IMG/VR virus record: IMGVR_UViG_3300034072_002082
DNA: 64,000 bases
Strand: one strand, 5' to 3'
Source of the DNA: an uncultured virus (IMG/VR IMGVR_UViG_3300034072_002082)
Taxonomy: Duplodnaviria; Heunggongvirae; Uroviricota; Caudoviricetes
A program made the translations under genes and the position numbers. The first letter of the stretch is position 1, and each line of letters begins with the position of its first letter. This document shows positions 56,306-64,000 of this stretch, piece after piece. The notes beneath the pieces were generated by a model, which saw only the letters and a program-made list of their open reading frames with translations, searched no databases and was not told the DNA's origin.

Positions 56306-57418
56306 CTAGAAGTGCTCGCGCTCGCAGTAGCGGCCCTTTGCGGCCACGCTGACGAAATCCCGTTCAGGGTAGCGCAGCGCCGTCAGGGAGCCGCCGAACA
56401 CACAGCCAGTATCGATGGCAATGACGTTGTTCACTTCGCGCGGATCGGGATAGACGACGTGCCCGTGAACGACGAGCGCCGTGCCCTGGTAGTCCAGCGC
56501 GAAATCCTCAGCCTCAGGATGACCGAAGGCATCAACCCCACCTGTCACCTTGCCGTAGAGCGCCATGCTGCGAGCACCGCGCGAACGGCGGCCCTGCTGG
56601 GCCTCCTCGATGCCAGCGTGCGCGACGACCAGCTTTCCCTCGTCGAGCACCAGATGTGGCTCGGCTGCCCCGAGCCATTCGCCCATGGCGGTGCGCTCGG
56701 CCTCAGGCAGCCCTTCAAGCTCGTCGACGCTGGTCTGCATGGCCGGCGAGACAGAGACCTTCTTGCCGATCAACCAACGGGCGAGCTTATCGTCGTGGTT
56801 GCCAAGAACACGCAGGGCGCCAAAGTGCTCAAGATCGCGGACAAGACGCAGCACCGGAAGGTTGGCCGGGCCGCGGTCGGTGAGATCGCCCAAAAAGACG
56901 AGCGTGCGGCCTTCCGGATGCTGCTGGGGCTTGCCGGTATCAGCGTGGGTGTATCCCAGCCGGGCAAGCAGCTCGCAGAGCTCCTCGTAGCAGCCATGGA
57001 TGTCGCCCACGATATCGAAGGGCCCGTTGAGGTGGCCAAGATCGCACGGCATCGGCGAGATGGTGTAGCTGAGGCGAGTGTCGGTGGTGACGTCGACGAC
57101 CAGCTGGAACCCTTCATCGTCGCCGATTTCCTCGGCGCCGGGCAGGCGCAGGGCAATCGGGATCGCCCCGCGCTTGGTGGCGGCGTTGACGACCTGGCGG
57201 CGGGCGGTGCGGTGGCTGCGCAGCATGCACACACGGACCGGCTGGCCGGCGTCGAGAGCTTCGTAGAGTGCCTCCAGTGATGCCTCGGGCTTGTTCACAT
57301 CCCATGGCGAGGAGATGGCCGGGATCGCATCTGCGACCTTGGCCATGAAGCCATTGTGCTTGGCCTTCCCAAGCACAAGCACTGCTGAATGGCGGGGAAG
57401 GGCAATCGTGGTGGTCAT
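56306..57418 (-). CDS. PNKP/PrpE-like metallophosphoesterase with degenerate N-terminal kinase-like region
   Basis: GPFDIVGDIHGC, GDLTDRGP, GNHDDKL, AHAG, VHGH and IDTGCVFGG.LTALRYPE; no intact P-loop, no ligase domain. Confidence 0.88.
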   Translation of the reverse strand: MTTTIALPRHSAVLVLGKAKHNGFMAKVADAIPAISSPWDVNKPEASLEALYEALDAGQPVRVCMLRSHRTARRQVVNAATKRGAIPIALRLPGAEEIGDDEGFQLVVDVTTDTRLSYTISPMPCDLGHLNGPFDIVGDIHGCYEELCELLARLGYTHADTGKPQQHPEGRTLVFLGDLTDRGPANLPVLRLVRDLEHFGALRVLGNHDDKLARWLIGKKVSVSPAMQTSVDELEGLPEAERTAMGEWLGAAEPHLVLDEGKLVVAHAGIEEAQQGRRSRGARSMALYGKVTGGVDAFGHPEAEDFALDYQGTALVVHGHVVYPDPREVNNVIAIDTGCVFGGSLTALRYPERDFVSVAAKGRYCEREHF

Positions 57419-57556
57419 GTTTCTTACCAGATAGTGAGTTGCCACTGCATCAGCAAATCATGGGGCCGCACGGCTTTGCCGCAGGCCATAAAGAAAGGGG
57501 CAGGAGCGCCTGAAGCACTCCTGCCCCTCATGAGCCCGCCTCAAGCGGTTGGGCGT

Positions 57557-58285
57557 TCAGCGGAAGGCCTGGCTCATGATCTCTTCGGGCGCGGCACCCG
57601 GATAAACTGCATCGCGCGTGATGAAGAACGGCGTGCCCGAGACACCAATCTCGTTGGCAACCTTGGTCTGGTTCTCGAACGTTGCGTTGACCTTGGGTCC
57701 GCGCATGTCCTTGACTGCCTGATCGTAGTTCAGACCAACCTTGGCGGCGATAGCCTTGAGGGCTTCGTCGGTCGGCTTGGTCTCGTGGTGATTGCCAAAG
57801 GCTTCGTAGAGCGCGTGGTGGGTCGCGGGGAACTTGCCCTGCAGATCCGATGCCAGCGCGAAGCGGGCGAGCTTCTCGGATTCCTCGCCGAAGATCAGGC
57901 GCATCGCGATGATCACGCGCACTTCGGGGCGCTTCTTCACGATGTTGTCGATCGCGTTGTGCGCGGTCTTGCAGATCGGGCAGGCGTAATCGATGAATTC
58001 GACCACCGGCACGGTGCCATTCGGGTTGCCAATGACCGGGCCCCAGCCCTTGGCGAACATCTGCGCACGCAGCGGGCCAGCCTTCTCATTGAGAGCCGTG
58101 GTCTGGTCGGCCTGTTGCTTGGCCTGCGCAGCCTGCATCACCTCCTGGATGATCTCGGGATGAGCCGTCAGCGAAGCGCGCAGCTTGGCGGTGAAGGCCG
58201 GGTCTTCGGCCTGCTGTGCAGCGGCGGGCATGGCGGCAAGCGACGTCGCAGCAGCGATCGCCACGAGGACGAGTTTCTTGATCAA
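57557..58285 (-). CDS. DsbA family thiol-disulfide oxidoreductase
   Basis: Signal peptide, HPEII.E, GNPNG...VVEF.DYACPIC and GVSGTPFF motifs. Confidence 0.9.
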   Translation of the reverse strand: MIKKLVLVAIAAATSLAAMPAAAQQAEDPAFTAKLRASLTAHPEIIQEVMQAAQAKQQADQTTALNEKAGPLRAQMFAKGWGPVIGNPNGTVPVVEFIDYACPICKTAHNAIDNIVKKRPEVRVIIAMRLIFGEESEKLARFALASDLQGKFPATHHALYEAFGNHHETKPTDEALKAIAAKVGLNYDQAVKDMRGPKVNATFENQTKVANEIGVSGTPFFITRDAVYPGAAPEEIMSQAFR

Positions 58286-58546
58286 GATGGGTACCCCCTG
58301 GTTGGCAAGCACCTCCGATCGGAGATGTGCTTGCAGTTTTCCTACACCGGATGTCCGGTGCCTATCAAGCGAAAGCGTTATCCCACCTGCAGATTGTCCA
58401 ATTGAGCGCACGTCATGCATTGGACGTAATGCAGCCTTGGCTTGGGCAATCCCTTCCAATGTCCGATACGTGCAGGTACAATTGTGCGGTATCTGCGCGG
58501 CAGTCGAATGCCCTCTACCGGTCGCAGACAAGATGGGACGCCTTAA

Positions 58547-59272
58547 ATGACCGACACCATGCCCAAGCTGACTATCCACGAGTTGTCCCAGACAACGAAG
58601 GCGGCAAACTTTGTCGCATCGTGGGGCTCTCATGGCGATCTGCGCAATTTATCCGGAGAAACGAGCGAGCCAGCCTCACCGCTGGAGCGGAGCGCTATGA
58701 TTGCCTTCGAGGCGATTACCCAGAGGGGCGAGATGGGAGACCCTCGGGGATCACGTTTTCACGACGACCGCAACCAGATGATCGATCTGATGAGCAACGG
58801 CATGCGCCTTGCTGTGGTTGAGGAGCGGCAGAATTTCGAACCTCGCAGCGACATCGAGCGCGCACGTGCGATCCTGATCTCGACCGCCTTGGTTGCCGAA
58901 GGGCGCGCTGCCCATGACGGTAGCAGGGACATGCCGTTCGACTTCACGGTGCTGGAGAATGTTCGCAAGCTTTCTGGAATGGATCGCCTCGAAATGAACC
59001 GGCCTGAAGCTGGTGCTCTTGGCGTCGGAATGGCCGACCTGATCGATCGGGCTGATCTTAAGGCAGCGGTCGCTCAGACCATTGCCAAGGGCACCCAGGC
59101 GTTCGGCGATCCTGAACTGGAAAGGGCAATCATCCGCTCGGATGTCGCAGTGCCCCTGGTTCGCGTGCGCGAGAACGGGGTGCCGGTCTCGGCGGCCAAG
59201 GGCGGCGTCAATGCAGGCCCTGAGATGAGCGAACTCGCCAAGGCGATGGCCGGAATGGACAAGCAGCGCTGA
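58547..59272 (+). CDS. hypothetical protein
   Basis: 241-aa ORF; convergent terminator at about 59330-59369. Confidence 0.7.
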   Translation: MTDTMPKLTIHELSQTTKAANFVASWGSHGDLRNLSGETSEPASPLERSAMIAFEAITQRGEMGDPRGSRFHDDRNQMIDLMSNGMRLAVVEERQNFEPRSDIERARAILISTALVAEGRAAHDGSRDMPFDFTVLENVRKLSGMDRLEMNRPEAGALGVGMADLIDRADLKAAVAQTIAKGTQAFGDPELERAIIRSDVAVPLVRVRENGVPVSAAKGGVNAGPEMSELAKAMAGMDKQR

Positions 59273-59393
59273 GCAAAAGGGCCTGTGAGGCATAATAGCA
59301 ACGAGCGCTAGGCTGGCTCCGTTGGCATGAAAAAGGGCAGGGGACCATCATTGGTCTCCTGCCCTTTTTGTTATTCGCGAGGCCCAGATGCGA

Positions 59394-60128
59394 TCAGGCG
59401 GCCTTGCGCGGTGCCTCAAGGTGACGTGTCGAGTTCAGGACGATGGTGCCGGCGGCGAGCTTTGCATCGAGGTCTCGTGCCCATCCTTCGAGGCCTGCCA
59501 TCACCTTGGTGTGCAGCTTTGGAAGATCGCTCACGTCATGGTAGCCGAAGCTGTAGCAACCAAGGTCGCCAGGGTGCTTGACCTGCGAGAAGACCTTGAA
59601 GGTGCGATCATCGCGGAACGGCGCATGCCAGATATTCCCGATGTAGCCGTAGCTCAGCCCCAGGTTGGGAAAGAGGCCACTCACCCTGACCATCTCAGCC
59701 CGGATCTCGGCGTCAGCCTGGTCGAGCGGCATAGCCTTCTCGGCCTCCAGCTGAGCGACCCATGCCTTGATGAGGCTGTCGAGGTGCTCGATGGACTTGG
59801 CAACGCCATTCTCGCCCATCCAGTGGCACCTGAGCGCGTATGGGCTGGCTACGAAGGGCCACACGACGTTGTGGATCTCGCTCATCTCCTCGGTCCATGG
59901 CTTGTCGGGATCGAGACGCGGCATGCAGGCATCGACGTAGGACGCGTAGGTGCTCATTGCCGGCAGCATGTCGTGGCCGGCCTCGGCCGCGCGGTTGACG
60001 GTGCGCGAGAGCGCCTGGATCTGAGGGACCAGCTCCTCGGTCAGCGCGATGAACTTGCCGTGCCGGATTGCGCGAAGCACCATGCCGGGCATGCGGCGAA
60101 TTTCGGCGTCGGGGTAAAGGTGGGCCAT
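59394..60128 (-). CDS. hypothetical protein
   Basis: GAGGATGAAAAC-ATG; ends RKAA. Confidence 0.7.
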   Translation of the reverse strand: MAHLYPDAEIRRMPGMVLRAIRHGKFIALTEELVPQIQALSRTVNRAAEAGHDMLPAMSTYASYVDACMPRLDPDKPWTEEMSEIHNVVWPFVASPYALRCHWMGENGVAKSIEHLDSLIKAWVAQLEAEKAMPLDQADAEIRAEMVRVSGLFPNLGLSYGYIGNIWHAPFRDDRTFKVFSQVKHPGDLGCYSFGYHDVSDLPKLHTKVMAGLEGWARDLDAKLAAGTIVLNSTRHLEAPRKAA

Positions 60129-60183
60129 GTTTTCATCCTCTTGGATATCTCGCCATGAGGAAACCGACCCACGGGTACCGGAC

Positions 60184-60735
60184 CTACCCTTTCAGGCTGT
60201 CTGCACAGCCCCTCAGCTGCCAGACGAATTCGGCGTTGTCGGGCAGATCGAACATCGCAAGACGCTGCTTCGGTTGGGTAGCGTGGAAGCTGACGTAACG
60301 AGCCTTGGCAAAGCTGGACAGGAATGCCTCAGAGCTCTCGTAGCCAATCCTGACCACACGTCCATCAGTGCCTTCAGCTATGTGGCTGATTTTACCGGCT
60401 GTATCGATATGTTCGAATGGCCCATTGAGGGCAGTCGAGAACCGTGTGGAGACGGGAAAGATGTCTCCCACGCCAAGGTTGGGAGCATGCCAAGCGCTCA
60501 TGCCCACATACAGCCGATCAACGAAGGGAGTGTAATCGACTTGAAGAGCGTCAACACCATCGTTCATGATGGCGCTGCATTCCCAGATGCCGCCGGCGCG
60601 CACTCTCTTGGTGATCTTCCAGGGGCCAACACTGGTATAGAATTGCTCGTCGTTCAGGTCGCGAGCGGCTGCTGGAACTGCTTGTGCTGCGAGGAGGGAA
60701 AGCGCGGCTGCAATAAGGATCGACCGACTGCGCAT
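60184..60735 (-). CDS. exported protein, paralog family member 3
   Basis: Signal peptide; Y..VG.W, C and LR.CA.SL shared with 60737..61288 and 62497..63060. Confidence 0.7.
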   Translation of the reverse strand: MRSRSILIAAALSLLAAQAVPAAARDLNDEQFYTSVGPWKITKRVRAGGIWECSAIMNDGVDALQVDYTPFVDRLYVGMSAWHAPNLGVGDIFPVSTRFSTALNGPFEHIDTAGKISHIAEGTDGRVVRIGYESSEAFLSSFAKARYVSFHATQPKQRLAMFDLPDNAEFVWQLRGCADSLKG

Positions 60736-60736
60736 G

Positions 60737-61288
60737 TCAGTTTGCCGGCAGGGAGTACGCACACTGGCGCAGCATCTCGATGGCCTTGCCTGACCCGGCA
60801 AGATCAATCGCCGCCAACATCCGGGAGCCGGGATTGGTGTAGATCCCGAGCAGTTCTGCGCGCACGAGGGAATCGAGGAAGAGCTCGGTCGAGGGCATTA
60901 CAGCCATGAACCTCCGACCGGCGCCGTAGGCTTCGATCGTCTTCTCGGCTTCGGCCTCGTATTCGAGGAAATCTTCGTTCATCTTGGTGCCGGAGACAAA
61001 GGCGATCTTCAGGCCGACATTAGCGCCATCCTTGAAGTTGGCGCCATCCTTAATCGAGAAGCCGAAGACCAGCACGTCCTTGACCGGAGCAAAGGCGATG
61101 TAAAGATGATGGTCACGTGTGCCCGCGAAGAGGTCACAGCGGGTGGTTGCATCGCCTCTCACATTGCGGGTGACTTCCCAGCCGCCCACTTTGCCATAGA
61201 GCTCTCCCGTATCGCTCGAAGCTGCGCTGGCAACGCTGGGCATGGCCACGGCAAGTGCAGTGGCGAAGAGGGCGGTAAGAATCTTCAC
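60737..61288 (-). CDS. exported protein, paralog family member 2
   Basis: GGAGGA RBS, GTG start, signal peptide; GFSI.DGANF, MPSTE.FL and LR.CAYSL. Confidence 0.75.
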   Translation of the reverse strand: MKILTALFATALAVAMPSVASAASSDTGELYGKVGGWEVTRNVRGDATTRCDLFAGTRDHHLYIAFAPVKDVLVFGFSIKDGANFKDGANVGLKIAFVSGTKMNEDFLEYEAEAEKTIEAYGAGRRFMAVMPSTELFLDSLVRAELLGIYTNPGSRMLAAIDLAGSGKAIEMLRQCAYSLPAN

Positions 61289-61394
61289 GGCATTTCCTCC
61301 AAGTACGGATAGTCCTTGGGGGCAAGAACCCTAAAATTTTGCTTCGCCTGAGTGACTTGCTCCAGAATGGCCGAAGCTTATGTGTTGATCGGGG

Positions 61395-61469
61395 TCATTC
61401 GGCTTTCAGCGAGTATGCGCATTTGCGCAGCAGAACGCCGACCGCAATAGCGGGAGTCCGATCCGTCAT
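61395..61469 (-). pseudogene. 24-codon chimeric remnant carrying the 3' end of another exported paralog
   Basis: MTDRTPAIAVGVLLRKCAYSLKAE; tail matches LLRKCAYSLKAQ of 62497..63060 and the downstream DNA is also similar. Confidence 0.6.
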
Positions 61470-61894
61470 GGTCGGTCCTATTTTGTTATAGAAAAGGCGG
61501 ACCTCGTCCCGCGCTGCCCTGACAAAAAATCACAAGCCTCGCCATCAATTTGTGTGTCGCGAGGTTAAAGAAATCTCAATCCTCGGCGCCTAGGGATCAA
61601 GCACCTCGCAATGGCTTAATCACCGGCGCGGGGTGTGCATCGCGCACTGAACACGGGTCCGCTCTGTCGGACGGCCCGCAGAATATAATAGGCCGTAAGG
61701 CCGAATATGTGGGCGTGCTACCCCGTGTTCGCGCGTGACTAACCGTCCCGGCACCAGTCGGGGCGAAGACGCGGGGGCCAGCTTGGATAGAGTCTTACGG
61801 TCTGGTTCGGTGTTACCGATCCTTAGCTTTTCTTCTCTATTGCAGTTTCCGGCTCAACCAGAACAACGTCGCTTTCGCTATTGCGGTCGGCGTT
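61434..61894. repeat. segment bounded by perfect 19-bp inverted repeats
   Basis: AACGCCGACCGCAATAGCG (61434-61452) and CGCTATTGCGGTCGGCGTT (61876-61894). Confidence 0.85.
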
Positions 61895-61966
61895 TGCTTC
61901 CTGATCTATCCTTGGTTCTGGGAACGCAGAGAGCGAGAGGGGAAGTCGGGGTTCTGGCGTGGTCGA

Positions 61967-62317
61967 ATGATTGCTGCTGCGATATACACCGTCTTAGTTG
62001 TGCGAATAGTTATCATCTACCCGGATGGATTTGGCGGAGTTCCTTATTCAGAGGCGAAAGCTGCCGTCGCAGCCAACCTTCGCGACCCCGGCAGTGCAGA
62101 CTTTCGCAACATGCTTGGTAGTACCTCAGCCGTATGCGGTGAAGTGAACGGCAAGAATGGGTTCGGGGCGTTTGCAGGGTTCAAGCGCTTCGTTTTTGCT
62201 GACGACACTGTGACTTTCGAGCCCGAGATGCCGGTCGCGGCAGATGTTCCCGGCATGACCGCCTACTATCAGGCGTCAGCCACCTTCTCTCGTGTCAGCC
62301 AGCGTTGCTATCAGTAG
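61967..62317 (+). CDS. membrane-anchored conserved hypothetical protein (DP.SA.F / VCG.VN.KN motif)
   Basis: LRDPGSADFRN...VCGEVNGKNGFGAFAGFKRFV; the frame is open upstream to 61739 without an ATG/GTG/TTG. Confidence 0.7.
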   Translation: MIAAAIYTVLVVRIVIIYPDGFGGVPYSEAKAAVAANLRDPGSADFRNMLGSTSAVCGEVNGKNGFGAFAGFKRFVFADDTVTFEPEMPVAADVPGMTAYYQASATFSRVSQRCYQ

Positions 62318-62376
62318 CTTGCCTCGATCACACACTGGATGCGGCACGTCGCAATCATAACACCCCGACATACCCC

Positions 62377-62412
62377 TTCCTCATCGGCCGCCGTCATGTA
62401 GCCGATGAGGAA
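62377..62412. terminator. hairpin between convergent genes
   Basis: 12-bp stem TTCCTCATCGGC/GCCGATGAGGAA. Confidence 0.65.
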
Positions 62413-62496
62413 TTTGGCTCGTGATGCTTCGATTTTTGCTTCGCCCTCTGCGACTTGCGACATAATGGCGGAAGCTCATCCTGTGATCGCCTGGGA

Positions 62497-63060
62497 TCAT
62501 TGGGCCTTCAGTGAGTAGGCGCATTTGCGCAGCAGATCGACGGCCTTGCTCGACCCTTCAAGGTTGACGGTCACTAGCAACCGCAGATTGGGATCGGTGA
62601 AGATGGCAATGTTGTCCGCCCGGGCAAACCTGCGCAGGAAGGTCTCGGTGCTGGGCATCTTTGAATAGAAGGTCCGGTGATCCTCACCGTTCCGATTAGC
62701 CCCGACGCCTGCATCAGCGTAGATCCAGTCCGGATCGAGGTTCTGGGCTGTCGTCAGTGCTACCTGAATATCAATACTTTTGCCCACGGCAAAGTTGGCG
62801 CCGTCTTGAATGCTGAAACCGAGGAGCACCCCGTCCTTGAAAGGGTCAAATGCTACGAGAAGGGTGTAGAGGTTTGTCTCGGCGTAGAGCTCGCAGCGGT
62901 TGCGCTTGCCAGGGACAACAGCCTTGAAGACCGTCCAGCCGTTGATGTCGCCGTAGAGTTCGGAGCCGCCATCTTCCTGTGCATTTGCTGGAGCGAGAGG
63001 AGTAAGCGCCAGCATGCCGGCCAACAACAGGGCAAGACTTCTCAAGGCACATCCTTTCAC
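62497..63060 (-). CDS. exported protein, paralog family member 1
   Basis: Signal peptide; ELYG...GW.V, RC.L.A, GFSIQDGANF, MPSTETFL and LLRKCAYSL. Confidence 0.75.
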   Translation of the reverse strand: MKGCALRSLALLLAGMLALTPLAPANAQEDGGSELYGDINGWTVFKAVVPGKRNRCELYAETNLYTLLVAFDPFKDGVLLGFSIQDGANFAVGKSIDIQVALTTAQNLDPDWIYADAGVGANRNGEDHRTFYSKMPSTETFLRRFARADNIAIFTDPNLRLLVTVNLEGSSKAVDLLRKCAYSLKAQ

Positions 63061-63126
63061 GTTCCAGCATGTCTGGTAGTGAAGCCCTGCAACCTCTGCA
63101 ATCAGGGTTAGATCAACCTTGGGAGA

Positions 63127-63969
63127 TTACGCTATCGGCACACCAACCCAGCGAGCCTTAGCGCCCCGGGAGTTCTCCACCACCGGTCCCTTGCCTTCGA
63201 TCCACAGATCAAGCTCTTCGACCGTGTAGTACCCTGAGGCGTTCCACTTCTGGTCTCGCGGGTTCTGCAGGAACATCACTGGGTAGGAGGTTAGGCTATC
63301 CTTCATCGGCCGCACAGCTGTCAGTGCGAAATAGCCAAGGTGACCTTCATGGCGCGATCCGGCGGCGGCATGGATCCGCTCGATGATTCCAGTCTCGGTC
63401 GCAAGACGCGCAACCTCCGCACGCTCTCGCACGAGTTCGTCGTAGCGCTGACGCCAGTCCGTGGGTACCTGCGAGGCACGAGCGATGGCAAGGCCGCCAC
63501 GGGAATAGGGATTTGGGGTGCCGCCGAGCCAGACGGCGATATCGCCCTGCTCAAAGCCTTCCTGGAGGTTGTTTGCGATTTCTGCAGCCTGGTCCCCATA
63601 GAGGCCGATGGCAAAGTGCTGATCGTCAAACGCGCCGGTGACGACGCATTCTTCGTATCGGCGGGAGAGCAGTAGGCTCGGAAATTCCGCAACCTTATCC
63701 GAGGTCGTAAGAAATTGGCCGTTGTCCCTGACGATACGGTGATTTTTGAAGCGCGAAGCGACAAAGCCGCCGGCGTGAATGCGATCGGCAACAGGGGCAG
63801 GGGTCTTGTTGGTCTCGAAAGGCCCTGTGGCCTCGATCCCCAGCCGCCACTGCAAGGGGATTATCCCGTTTTCTTGCTCCGCGGTGTAATCCCCAGCAAG
63901 AACGACGCCGTAGATGGCGTCGTTCTCGTCACGTAGCAATTTGCTTTCGATCATGTTCGCGCGGCGCAT
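63127..63969 (-). CDS. hypothetical protein
   Basis: 280-aa ORF; start uncertain near the window edge. Confidence 0.7.
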   Translation of the reverse strand: MRRANMIESKLLRDENDAIYGVVLAGDYTAEQENGIIPLQWRLGIEATGPFETNKTPAPVADRIHAGGFVASRFKNHRIVRDNGQFLTTSDKVAEFPSLLLSRRYEECVVTGAFDDQHFAIGLYGDQAAEIANNLQEGFEQGDIAVWLGGTPNPYSRGGLAIARASQVPTDWRQRYDELVRERAEVARLATETGIIERIHAAAGSRHEGHLGYFALTAVRPMKDSLTSYPVMFLQNPRDQKWNASGYYTVEELDLWIEGKGPVVENSRGAKARWVGVPIA

Positions 63970-64000
63970 CCCCCCGATGCTCCGCTCAGAACCAGCCGAG

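Noticed and set aside
58286..58633. N-terminal extension of the DsbA ORF to 58633
   Set aside because: The signal peptide begins at the TTG near 58285; the extension spans the divergent intergenic region and overlaps the + strand gene.
1..64000. Prophage, tRNA or rRNA call
   Set aside because: No terminase, capsid, portal or integrase motifs and no cloverleaf or rRNA signatures recognised by eye; a tRNAscan or Infernal run would be needed to exclude RNA genes fully.

Overview
GC-rich accessory DNA with roughly 80 mostly short genes, about 85-90% of them on the minus strand. The genes sit in small modules separated by many intrinsic terminators. Gene content and style point to a large alphaproteobacterial (Sphingomonad-like) conjugative megaplasmid or a related element; this is an inference, since no replication, transfer or virion genes are in the window. 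Recognisable enzymes are a photolyase-family protein, HD hydrolase, GIY-YIG and ERCC4/XPF nucleases, histidine-, metallo- and tyrosine-type phosphatases, AIM24, SNF2 helicase, CCA-type nucleotidyltransferase, TnpB, RNase HI, M15 peptidase, a Pol-beta-like nucleotidyltransferase, thermonuclease, a PNKP-like phosphatase and DsbA. No rRNA, tRNA or CRISPR array was seen. The most striking unexplained structure is: (1) a dispersed family of at least six (up to ten) small OB-fold/SSB-like paralogs, the six core members each preceded by a conserved two-hairpin non-coding leader; (2) 21 genes ending in Ala-Ala, resembling ClpXP/ssrA degrons; (3) a stand-alone tnpB bracketed by 26-bp inverted repeats; (4) five tandem, translationally coupled diverged paralogs; (5) a gene bounded by duplicated terminator hairpins; (6) a 461-bp segment with perfect 19-bp inverted repeats whose inversion would swap a start codon between reading frames. 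All family assignments are from motif recognition by eye, not database searches.
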